Assembly: GCA_946544115.1 (NCBI GenBank)
Contig: CAMNLW010000001.1
Location: 16,392 to 80,391, forward strand
From: an uncultured Verrucomicrobiota bacterium
Lineage (GTDB): Bacteria > Verrucomicrobiota > Kiritimatiellia > RFP12 > UBA1067
Reading direction: 5' to 3'
DNA: 64,000 bases
Shown: piece after piece, positions 9,401 to 17,700 of the stretch
Layout: the number at the start of each line of letters is the position of its first letter
Numbering within the stretch: the stretch's first letter is position 1
Notes under the pieces: generated by a model
What the model was told of the DNA's origin: nothing
Databases searched by the model: none
Seen by the model: the letters and a program-made list of their open reading frames with translations, nothing else
Program-made: the position numbers and the translations under genes

Positions 9401-11242
9401 GACAACTGGGAGCAGCCCGACTGGTACTACCCGATCGACCACAACAAGGCGAGCGGCGCGACCGATCCGGCGAGCCCGTCCTACTCGCCCTACACGATTC
9501 TCGACTCGGTCAGCCCGGGCCGCGCGTGGATCAACGAGGTCAACTGGAACGACGGCGCGGGCGCCGACAACGACAACCAGTTCATCGAAGTCTGCGTCCC
9601 CGCGGGCATCGACATGACCGGCTGGTACATAAGGCTCAACGACGGTAACAAGAACCATAATCCGTGGATCATGGCGACCTTCGGCTACGGCAGCATCCAG
9701 GGCTCGGCACAGCGCTCCGAGAAGGGGACGAACGGCTATGAATTCGTAGTCCTGCAGAGCCCCAATACGAGCATGAACAGCGGCGGCATCCGCGACACTT
9801 TCGACGGGCAGGTTCTAAACGCGCCTGCGTGGTACAGCGACGGCATTGACGGCTCTGCGCCGAACGGCGAGCTCAACTACGGCTATCCGTTCCAGTTCGA
9901 GCTTGTGCGGCCCTCGGGCGTTATCGAGCACCAGTTCGTCCTGCAGGGGACCAACCAGTGGTCCGGGACGGACTACGAATACTATTCTTCGGGCGAACAT
10001 CTCACGTCCCAGCTCCAGACGGCCGACGGTTCGCCGCTCCGGTTCTACGCTGGCGAGGAGAAAGACGTGCGCGAGGGCGGCGAGCCCTACGGCTTCGACG
10101 ACCGCAGGTTCGGTTCGTCGGGCGTTACCGGCGACGGCGAGACTCCCGGCGCGACAAACTCCTGGAAGAGCGCGATGATGTTCACGCCGGGCCGCCTCAA
10201 CGAAGGCCAGACGATCCCCGAGAACTGGTTCCTCAGACCGAACGGGACGAACGCGTGGGTCTATCTGATGGTCGAGGGCGGCCATATTTCGCAGAACGTC
10301 GGCGGCAACACCGACAGGTCGGTGATGATCGTCGTGCCGCAGGGTTCCCAGACGAACGTCACCTACTCTGCGACGCCCTGGTACGAGGTCTCGTATATAG
10401 ACACAGACGGCGACAAGGTCTACCACCACACGCCCGGCGAATGGGTCTACTCCTTCACGCCCACCCAGCAGACCTCCTACGTTACCGCGTATGAAGGTCC
10501 GGTGGAGAAGCTCGTGACGGACTTCGGGCTCAAGGAGTCCAACCCCTACACTCCCGCCGTCATCAACTGGCTTGCCGAAAACTATCCCGACAAGACGCCC
10601 GAGGATATCAACGCCGCGATCTACAAGGGTCTCGCGGAGGATTCCGTCGAGCAGCCGCTTACGCTTACCGAGATGTACTGGCTCGACATCGATCCGTTCG
10701 GCGCAGAGCGGCAGTGGTGGCTGAGGGGCAACTTCGTTCAGAACCACAGCGGCGGCACGCTCACGATAACCAACAGGACATATACGAATCTCGCGGGCGA
10801 GACGATCGTCCACACCAACAGGATACTAACGGCCAAGCTCTACATTTCGAACGCGGTCGACAAGGTGGCCCACGCGCCATCCCGGCTGCAGGGCCTCGCG
10901 AACGAGAAGAGCGACGAGTTCTACGGCAGCTGGACGAGCGTTACGTTCCAGGTGACGGCGATGCTGCTTACGGACATGCCGCGCAACAAGGGTTTTCTCA
11001 CGTTCCGTCCGTTCATCTTTGACAAGGATTCGTTCTACCCTGCAGGCGACGAGCACGAGTTCGAGTCGACAATCGAAATCCTCGATCCGTTCTCGAAGGC
11101 GTCGCCCGGCTACGGCTACGGCTGGAGCGACCGCCCCGACCTTGACAAGGACGACGGTTCTCTGTGGCGGTGGGAGATCGGCACGACCAACACCTTCCCC
11201 GTCCAGGTGGAGCGTCTCAAGAAGGAATCGACTTACGATTGA
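443..11242 (+). CDS. giant secreted multidomain protein (3599 aa): glycine-rich domain, MBG-like repeats, LamG-like domain, lamin-tail-like domain
   Basis: One uninterrupted ORF with a signal-like N-terminus (KKLAALAALAALGFVPARA). Domain-like segments seen:
- Poly-Gly blocks at nt ~690-1455, ending GGNGGSGVVIVRI.
- Four repeats with xYxGxxQ...TNAxxxGxY...(E/T/N)W(S/T)I at nt ~1480-2400.
- LamG-like WHFNE..DSTGNGLDA..FMFSGWVKV..YDEFRIRKG at nt ~3600-4240.
- LTD-like AWINEVNWND..NQFIEVCVPAGIDMTGWYIRL at nt ~9520-9765.
Alternative start at 461. Confidence 0.9.
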   Translation: MKGGLGMRPLRETFALSKKLAALAALAALGFVPARADVQSLVDEGKITWTAADEDWIDGELVLTFNDPDEAGTLTLPGLTRARILAVGGGGAGGAVGTTSNSRGAGGGGGGGGFLEIGPVLLEGGDYDITVGKGGDAGEFITGANIIGGDGYPSKIEKDSDLLVYVGGGGGGGAESDGNPGCAGDATATLGTAGGSGGGGSKMYVSNTDWANHVGGEGVGGGYKGGDGSVSRSGGGGGGAGGDGTVAEKANVGAAGGPGRTSYIASDDGIGYAGGGGSGTRSALSANVGKGSDGGGNGGGGQKTAEDGDPGTGGGGGGGTQTAAGGNGGSGVVIVRIIESIDGDLDIPEGKTLPYNGENQIAVKDSFAYHFEAGSVTNATDVGNYSFTVTPNTGFKWSDDTDRSVTVEWSIVQASVEIPTIPAGLVYDGSVQTAAVATAAYTLTGESFATDAGTYDFTATLVSEENYKWADGTTAAKSFTWTIARLEVEKPAGVSGVEYGGTNVAAYAESEYYSLVSGIHSATNAGNYAYTVALSNPSGKTNLVWKGESGEAAAEPLTIEWSIAPVAVDVPAVPTGLVYTGNNQVAFESGEHYHFTEASVTNATGAGSYPYEIVLDNPADATNYVWKVSPPSSENRSGNWTIAKAANECSVTLEGWKIGETPETPVGEATWGAESATYTYAASPTAAETEWTDEVPSTAGQWYVKMTVPEAENWLGATATASFVLWESPADVFRNSITYIVRESGVKPTAFWQSGEFADDAGKHGGYAITLNTGNTINDAGNIVIGDTATKGAGISIASAGKTKASILVKYKAPAGGAPAANSVLAGVVATDNHPIGAFCQTAGGTSMEGYWLNGTTAATGYSFKTPPPAVEGGSGYFLFCYHSDASSAAVTDGTAFYAGDSIGNLVGGNVAGLQWRGHTINELSIGGPASGVTVPWKGLEIESVALFVDAWLTPDDITMKNFQIPVRISEDKSKGLVYSELGKDGTKLAFVGEDGSLLAYDVDTWNVSGESVVWVNLPTAAVGTKFTMYWNIRDGQIAPGPKPEKVWADYAGVWHFNETITSATAASTASKDSTGNGLDAVPTRGTNTGDQRTQMASTSGVFGNARVNSTGMYTGGNRLVVDNSGDLELGSVFMFSGWVKVGGINGSNIIVSRKEGSNDNNGWQLGLWGSTAAGSLAVWGPGGSPVRPEISSTSLASLGDYFYVTVVYNGSNLVVMYNDSYYNTYSGRTAVADNGLPLAFGGGSGNGSQLVFNGSYDEFRIRKGLVETDMAKLRDRTRAEYAAATSDSFLSRGLVERDGKLVNYWVREPSITPTNWDVGDNPADDALDVGELFAGTVTNWIYEVNAPTNIYSKISEIPEDRTGVFRAVSRPVETNLYEDLAFEVTFRINAHSPYSNIQGNGGDSGRVLLMNNDANKDFPIDYQNWYDADTWGAKKSNTTTFWQMLTSDELTDRTFNMKDGTEFVLWTANYGSRLWHLINCRHGNTFPYNNDSSALADDQNYLPYSSTSRRITSHNALNIRRRDVGQIVMRNIEDAAVYSQCFTNGVGSIYFDAVNGWTAGAAETGDNYKLVVEVATNALLYGESVLPTDENSWDETDGVTNYYANLETTWHKANVIPYLRDGTDDFTRLDATNELALAVKNGKTMKNFYRVVVPFTELGNEVYAKASHLRFRIRRTTATGENADKSGMILLDNIIVSYPPMRAELGTAGFYDAGDAAKRGKTMMGYELSTSTPYPAAGDATLKGRAKATYIVNEGNPLADTTAFVAAAQMWYRWRYLNQRFGDWKYVDLDPMTFESAQTLDLPSVAGDVEYYYTAQLQAPFYKYVDYSGTNLGVPYSEEVTDVTNRLDSATILPTTGTDWFFRLRKGASEWEGVSVVAQGALTNEYPMALIEDDMWRALVVIPTNAEGNCTFTFKGVNKLTGSPWEIKENVTNWGVADSADASFTPPGNGLLREGGDPLSFEVDHISNYLEVKISTRYLTWSVARAEYQDFNHWNDAHTPAENPQFKVNVPTNGVDDVTMKTYPLADDIKTWSEFSSGNSDWDEIFYLSNYNDPGFPKEVVYQSHVTPARWDGYNLSFVSTELTSGSSDDQMKKSGMGAKLIGQGRGSLTYTKSNCPEGLEKVSLRARLGQSMTFDGISWHPDAWGKKDYMFFVPATMSRKCSNDSALGDMAVGAAVSVVGYYRPSAGCYEFRAERLYSGSNMRLSLYKWSVNNGTMEPTLLCAQDFKDTRKMWSNDSSAAANTKLYYGMFISLENTSSGTRIIGGLSVNGKAVVDTNPASNFSGDSGGFGGLVYTDSSNPLTRGAYGVMSKDCPAEFMAPVCYKTAFTSGITTGGNASMGLGGQYFNPSANKLTFGGSATFDDLRESLREDEWELVAGRAQCYTNLLNQGSANYAWTGIRTPTDIKQTVELWLKSKTAPGANWVKYGEKEVSSYGFTSSFDLPLNITGTWDIKLTTGGYNADVVVDDVKQYQWQAPDLDGLEAYSGRFIYTQGVVETNKTLKARQLVLQPSRGVATRAMSLRSPILGGLGRVAFSYENVDANAEIWVQVATNSVNGATLSGDGGYNRSVKSVDLADIAAGTATEPVGTWITLAKYTAADLGTSGSKPVYLGWHNNEADSVRGVFRLYVPTNVVSAAIVAATNETQNTAYGRITITGMTVTDEPALSDRAWRGWNIRTIGDGADTERRMNIDDSSLLGEDGTGLDCGLNNSTEDVVPVDEIVKVESGNPAIYSPTFKSYGQKRGVGAVTFSARLYSTNNTPVTAGAGLVTLYGSTSSTSERWEKIADFKIDSSVFADYTWTASNQTYAAVKLEVPTISGEYDRVILDEVTVSEKVQPSLSFVYATPFRQNLMSSEPIADIDSPSEQPLAGESWGVQAKLALRQLADEIDLEKGVTVTLAYYSADSYDGRPPAVWGYGNWESIAKANGNYAIPLKQVGDPADLVFRSVGDSPESLVQPSSRGGVVVQYQLTATFYGRDGTEYTQTVDNWEQPDWYYPIDHNKASGATDPASPSYSPYTILDSVSPGRAWINEVNWNDGAGADNDNQFIEVCVPAGIDMTGWYIRLNDGNKNHNPWIMATFGYGSIQGSAQRSEKGTNGYEFVVLQSPNTSMNSGGIRDTFDGQVLNAPAWYSDGIDGSAPNGELNYGYPFQFELVRPSGVIEHQFVLQGTNQWSGTDYEYYSSGEHLTSQLQTADGSPLRFYAGEEKDVREGGEPYGFDDRRFGSSGVTGDGETPGATNSWKSAMMFTPGRLNEGQTIPENWFLRPNGTNAWVYLMVEGGHISQNVGGNTDRSVMIVVPQGSQTNVTYSATPWYEVSYIDTDGDKVYHHTPGEWVYSFTPTQQTSYVTAYEGPVEKLVTDFGLKESNPYTPAVINWLAENYPDKTPEDINAAIYKGLAEDSVEQPLTLTEMYWLDIDPFGAERQWWLRGNFVQNHSGGTLTITNRTYTNLAGETIVHTNRILTAKLYISNAVDKVAHAPSRLQGLANEKSDEFYGSWTSVTFQVTAMLLTDMPRNKGFLTFRPFIFDKDSFYPAGDEHEFESTIEILDPFSKASPGYGYGWSDRPDLDKDDGSLWRWEIGTTNTFPVQVERLKKESTYD
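758..781 (+). repeat. (GGC)8 in-frame trinucleotide tract (Gly8)
   Basis: Read directly from the sequence; encodes AGGGGGGGGF in the glycine-rich domain. Confidence 0.9.
941..961 (+). repeat. (GGC)7 in-frame trinucleotide tract (Gly7)
   Basis: Read directly from the sequence; encodes YVGGGGGGGAE. Confidence 0.9.
1379..1396 (+). repeat. (GGC)6 in-frame trinucleotide tract
   Basis: Read directly from the sequence; with the following GGT it encodes Gly7. Confidence 0.85.
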
Positions 11243-11258
11243 ACATGGGAGTGATTTT

Positions 11259-11267
11259 TGGTAAACT
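11259..11267 (+). promoter_or_regulatory. candidate extended -10 (TGgTAAACT) upstream of the lipoprotein gene
   Basis: Lies in the 61-nt gap after giant gene 1, 36 nt upstream of ATG 11304. Confidence 0.3.
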
Positions 11268-11303
11268 ACACAATGCTTGACTTGAAGAAAGAGCGATGAC
11301 AAG

Positions 11304-11783
11304 ATGATGAAACGTACGAGACAGGGCCTCGTGGCGTATGCGTTTGCCGCATGCGCTGTGTTGTCGTTTGCGTTTTTGGGCTGCAGCCGCGATGAAGCGG
11401 CGCCGCCTGCGGAGCCTTCCGCCGCGCCTTCCGCGGCGGCCGAGGCCGCTCCGTCTGCCGAGCCGGTGAAGGTCGTGTCCCGCCTCGCAGACCCCGCCTA
11501 CAAGACGGCGCTCGACGGACAGGCGGCCGACAGGGCGGCTCTTCTCAAGACGCGCGACGGCGTGGCGGCGAAGATGCGCGGCATGGTGAACGCCGCGCGC
11601 GCGCGCCTCGCGACCGATGACGAGGCGGCCGTCACCGCCGAGCTGGAGAAGGATCCCGAATGGGCGGGCCTGCGCGCGCGTATCGCCGATTTGAACAAAG
11701 CGCTCGAAGACAACCGCCGCAGGTCTGCCGAGGTCGTGCGCCGCAAGATTTCATCCGAAACCAAGGAAGTCAATTTGAAATGA
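11304..11783 (+). CDS. small lipoprotein (159 aa), Ala/Pro-rich linker plus helical C-terminal part
   Basis: Lipobox-like signal MMKRTRQGLVAYAFAACAVLSFAFLG-C, then a PAEPSAAPSAAAEAAPSAEP linker. It sits between the two giant genes. Its stop overlaps a possible ATG of the next gene (ATGA at 11780-11783). Confidence 0.7.
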   Translation: MMKRTRQGLVAYAFAACAVLSFAFLGCSRDEAAPPAEPSAAPSAAAEAAPSAEPVKVVSRLADPAYKTALDGQAADRAALLKTRDGVAAKMRGMVNAARARLATDDEAAVTAELEKDPEWAGLRARIADLNKALEDNRRRSAEVVRRKISSETKEVNLK

Positions 11784-11794
11784 GGAACGAAGCC

Positions 11795-14700
11795 ATGAAG
11801 AAAAGCAACCTAGCATTCACGCTTGCAGTCGTCATCGCCGCGCTGGCGGCGCCGTTCGGCGCGCGGGCGAACATCGCCTCGATAGAGTCGGTCGCCGACT
11901 CGTCGACAAGCGTCGCGGCATATCCAAACATGAACTCGCCGCTTGTCGCAGGGCAGACGCTCTACGTGCGCCTTCGCATGCTCAACAAGGGGTGGCGTCC
12001 CAACATAAGCGACGGGACAGGCTGGAAGTGGGACAGTGAAGCGTTCACCGAGTCGACGGGCCCGGCCCTCGGTCTCGCGGTCGGCGGCAAGCGCGTCTGG
12101 GCGCCTTATGCCACTACGACGCCCGGCCTTGTCGCGAACGGCGCCGTCAACGGCCCTGTTACCGATCTTTACTTTGCATACAAGGTGCAGCCCGGCGATA
12201 TCGGCAAGACCGTCTGCCTGCTTAGGACGGACTACAAGACCTCCGACAGTTCAAGCGGCGATTTCCTCATCCGCGGCGTAAACGACGGCACGTCAAAGTT
12301 CACGCTTGTCAGCGACGACAGCGATGCCACCGCCGCCGAGTTCAAATACGTCGACCAGGCGACGCAGAGCATCTTGAGCACTTTCATCACGGTCATCACC
12401 TCCACGCGCGAGATAAAGGAGCGCGTCTATGTGCAGGCGGTCGATTTCGACAGCCCGAAGTATACCGACGCCTGGCGCTATGTCGACCAGGGCGCGTACG
12501 AGCCGGTCGACGGACTTGTCCCTACGATCAACTGCAGCGGCGCAGGCGAGAACGAGGCGCTTTATGTGTGGTCCGACGACGAGAGCGTGTGCGTGCCGAT
12601 CGATATAGATCTCAACCCCGCCCGCACGAACGTCGTGGACGGCAAGACGGTTCTTACGATTCCGCTTTCCGGTTCCGCCGAAACCGTGAGGTTCTACCTA
12701 AAGGGCGGCGATGCGGCGGTCGGTTCCACGACAAAGATATACATGAGCCCGGCGGTTCTCGGCAGTTATACAGAAGTCGGCACGAGCATCGAGGAGTCGG
12801 CCGTGGCGACGACGGTCAAGCTCGTGAACAATCCGCCGACCGTTTCGCTCTACTTCAACGAGACGAGCAACGACCCGTTGACCGTCGACTGCCAGACCAA
12901 CTACGCCAAGGCCGCGGCGTGCACGCTCACGGCGAGGCTCTCGAAAGCTGTCGATCATGATGTTACTGTAAACCTCGCCGCCGATCTCGCGGGGAGCGAC
13001 CTCGCCGCGCTGTTCAATGACGACATAATCGGTCTCGGCAGCACCTATCTGAAGGAGGACACGTCCATCACGATTCCCGCCGGTCATCTCTTCGCCAATC
13101 TCAACCTCTACGCGCTCGGCTGGAACGACGACACTGTCGAGAGCGGCATAAACTTCACCATTGCCGGTATCGAGAACGACACGGGCGATGTAACCGTAAG
13201 CGACGACTCGATAAACCTCGTTATAAGCAGGCTCAATCCCGTCATAACGACCGAGCGTCCCACGCTCGACGTCTACAACAAGACCGAGGTCCCCGACGAG
13301 AAGTTCCAGGTCACGGTAGAGGACTGCTATCTGGCCGAGAAGGACTGGGGCGCGTTCACGTTCGACATCATCCCCGATGTCAACAACCCCGACAACAAGC
13401 TTACGGGCGTTCCTGCCGTGCACAAGGGCGGCGGCGTCTTCTCGCTCAAGCCGACATTCGTCATGACGCCCGGCGTCACCTATGACGCGCAGGTGACAGT
13501 CCGTTCGCCCACGGGCACGAGCGGCTCCACGACGTTCTCGCTCATCGTCAAGAAGGCCAAGACGGTCTACGCGACGGCTTCGGCCTCCTCTGCGGACGAG
13601 GGCGGCAAGATAACGGTTTCGTTCAGCCTTTCCGAGAGCTACAACGCCAACACCTGGGCGTTCCTCGTACCGACCTCCGAGAACGCCGAGGAGTTCGTAA
13701 ACGCCAACGGCGCGCCGTTCACCTCGGGCGTGCTTATCGAGGCCGGCGAGACCGACGGCTCCTACACGGTCGATGTAGAGTTCGCCGACGGCGAGAACAA
13801 GCCCGTCACCTTCGAGGCGGTTCTCTCCTCCGAGGAGAACACGCTTACCAGGGTGACGGCCTACAGCCCGAGCAACCTCAAGCCCACCGTTTCGGTGCAG
13901 AACGTCGCGCCGAAGCTCACGAACGCGACATTCAACAACAAGAGGGTTACCGGCGCGACGGTAGCGACGGTTCCGAGGAAGGCGACGATTTCGATGGGCC
14001 TTGTGGCGTTCGACGTCGACGGCGACCTTGACGCTGTCAACACCGACACCTCTCTCGACGGCGTCTACAGCGACGCGAACCGCCAGTTCATGGCGATCTG
14101 GCGCTTCGACGACGGCTCGCCCGACCTCGTCACCTACGGCAATCCCGCCGGTCAGACGGTTTCGCGCGAGTTTACGTCCGACACCGAGGTCTCAATCTAC
14201 CTGAAGGACAAGGACCAGAAGCTTCAGACGGTTCTCGCCGGCGAGCCGGTGAAGACGTTCACGGTTCCCGTGGGCGACGAGCCCGGCGTCAAGATCGCCT
14301 TCTTGAGCGAGTATGACACGGGCGTCTGGAACGAGGACGGCGAGGACGACCATTCTGTCCTGGTGAGCCTCAATCCCGCGCCCGCCGAGGACGTGACAGT
14401 TCAGCTCACCGTTCCGAAGGGCTCCAACGGCGGTTTCCTCAAGTTCATTACCGATGCCGACGTGTCGCTCGTCAGCGAGGATGACGCGGCGATCGTCTAC
14501 AACGTCGCGATCGCGGCGAACCAGTCCTCTCCCGTGCGGCTCGACATCGACGCCATGGACGGCACGTCCACGACGCGCGCGCTCTACATAACCGGCGTCG
14601 TCACGACCGACACCCCGAGCGGCTACGGCGACAAGACCTGGGCAGACTACTACAAGGCCGGCAAGTCGCCCAAGATCCAGATAAAGAACATCGCCCCGAC

Positions 14701-17700
14701 GATCGCCCGCCCGACCGAGGAGCAGGCGGCGATAACCAACACCACCGTCAAGGTATATTCGCCGTTCTCCGTCGACTACCAGATCGGTGAAGAGGTCCGC
14801 GCCGACCTCGACAGGGGTGTGAAGGCCGAGCTTATCGTCGACGGCGACACAATCGCCACCGAGGACGTGACCGACACTCGCAAGCACACTTTCGCCAACA
14901 AGGTCGAGTTCACTTCGGGCGGACTCCACACCGTGACCGTCGTCTTCACCGACAAGGACGGCAACAGCGGCGAGGACGGCGACTCCAGCGAGCCGCGCAC
15001 TATGCTCTATGACGTGCTCTCCACCAAGAACGTGATGGTTGCGGCGCACGGCCCCGGGGCCTCGCGCGTCTCGGCCAACGGCCACTCCGTTCGCTACGCC
15101 AAGGCCAAGGGTCTCGGCGCGGGCCGCGTCGACGGCGAGCAGAACCCGCAGAGCATCAAGTCGTGGGTCTCGACCTACGCGGTCTCGGCCTCCGAATCGG
15201 GGCTCAACATGACGGCTCGCGGCTACCAGGCCGCCGACCCGCTCAATGACACGATCGACGCTTTCGGCAACACGCGCGGCACCGCCGACAGCTTCTCCTA
15301 CACCAACAACGTCGGCGTGGGCATGATGGGTTACGACAGCTTCTTCTACGCGTGGACGTGCAACAACTCCAAGCCGTCCGACGGCATCGAGCTTGCGAGC
15401 GACCTTCTCATAGCCCCAGGTCTCGCGGGAGAGTATGAAATCCCGCTCCAGCCCTACGACAAGGAGAAGACCACCTACGACAACCAGTACTGGGAGGCGA
15501 TCTTCTCGCGCGAATGGCGCAAGACCGACAACCTCGGCGATATAAACGCCGACGGCGTGCCTGATATCTTCGTGGCGCTTTACGACTTCGGCGTGATCAA
15601 CCGCACGACCTCGACGGTTCTTGACGGTGACGACATCGCCCCGCTCAACGACTACAACGAGGACGGCGACTTCTACGGCGCGACCACCAACGCCGAGCAG
15701 AAGTTCACCGCGCGCATGGAGATTCGCGGTCTCCACGACGGCCTCAACTACGGCATGTTCCCCGTTACCGACACTGAAGGATGGATTTCCGAGCTGGAAC
15801 TCGGCCCCGCGGAAAAAGCCGCGCTCGACCGCTGCCTCGCGGCGAAGATCGAAGACGGTTCCTGGACCGGCACCAACGCGTTCGACCTCGCGACGGCGCA
15901 GGGCCAGGCCGATGCGAAAGCCTTCATAACCTGGACGTGGCGCGAATACGTCGAGGGCGACGCCTCCACATGGGGCTTCACCGTCGAGAACCGCACAGAT
16001 CCCACCAAGGAGGATACCGACGGCGACGGAATGCCCGACGGCTACGAGTACTACTGGTGGTACGCCGCAACGATCGGCAGCAAGGACGACGGCACAGGCC
16101 TCGCGACCGGCAAGGCGTTCAACCTCGCCGATCTCGACAACCCGACCGACATATCCCCGGCCGACATCGCCAGGATATACAACCCGAACGCCAGCATCGA
16201 CTGGACCAAGCAGGATACCGATAACGACGGCCTCACCGACTACGAGGAACGCGCCATCGGGACCAATCCCGTCAACTGGGACAGCGACGGCGACGGATTG
16301 AGCGACCTATACGAGGTCATGTGGTCCATCGACCCGCTCAAGAACCAGAACGGTGTCAACGGCGCCATGAACAACGATCAGGACTTCATGGCCTTCGCCG
16401 ACGTCGGGTCGTACACCATCTACAAGCTGGGCAACGGCTCGTGCTATGCGTTCAAGCTGCCGCCGACGGTCGAATCCGGCGAGGGCGGCACTAACACCGT
16501 GCGCGGCGCGTACCTCGCGGTTCTGCCATACAACGGCAAGTACATCCCCGCGACGGAGATGGTCACCGAGAGGCTGCTTGATGGCTCCTACGGCGAATTT
16601 ACATATGTCGACGGCGATGCGACGACAGTAACCTATGGCTCTGTCGCGCTTTACCACTACCAGGTCTACAACCGTTTCGGCTTCGATCCGCGCACCGGCT
16701 GGTGGAAGGATTCCGCCAACGGCACGGTCTCGCGCACGACGCGCTGGCTTGACGGCGGCAGCCCGCTGCAGGCCGGCACGCCGGTGAACACCATGCCGTT
16801 CACCGCGCGCGACGAATTCATGCTCCTCAAGTACCGTTATCTGCTCGGGTTGAGAAATCTTGCCGATGATCAACGCAAGCTCGCTGCCGAGGAGACGACC
16901 ATGGCGGCGATTCTCGCCGGCGGGTGCACCAACCCGAACGCCGTGAAGGACAGCTGGAGCTGGCCCTTCGGCGACAAGGCCGTCAGCTACCCGACGACCC
17001 ACGGCGCCGACACCGACGTCGACGGCGTGCCGGACGGCTGGGAGCTTTATGTAGGCGTCAACCCGAACGTTCCCTTCACGAGCAACAACGAGGGTCTCTA
17101 CAACGTGATTCGCGATACCGACAGAGAAGACGGCCTTGCCCTTCTCGCCGAGTACGCCGGAACCGACACATGCGGCAACTATGACGAGGGCGGCGCGAAC
17201 TGCCCGTCGATATACGCCAACCATCCGAGCGAGGCTTCGGGCTGCATGCCCGGCTGGTTCAACAAGTTCATGCCTACCGATCCGCGCGACGACGATACCG
17301 ACGGCGACGGCATCAAGGACGGACAGGAGGGCCAGAGCTGGAGCGGCATCTACACGATGAACCGCTGGGGCCAGCGCGTGAGCGAAGTCGCCGCGAGGAC
17401 GGTCAAGCACTTCTCGATCTACGGCAGCCCGACCAACGCCGTCTCGCGCTGCATCCAGGGCGGCGGCTACAACCCGTGCACGATCGATACCGATGGCGAC
17501 ATCCTGCCCGACCCGTGGGAGCGCCAGTACGCGGGTCTCCTCTTCCACGGCAACAACATCTCCACGGAGGGCGACTACAAGGTGTTCGGAGTCGCAGGCC
17601 CGCCTTCCTCGGAGTTCTTCGACGACATCCGCGCGGCGGTGACGGCCAACTTCACCACCAACACGTCCGGCTGGCGCGTCCTGATGGGCATGGACGGCAC

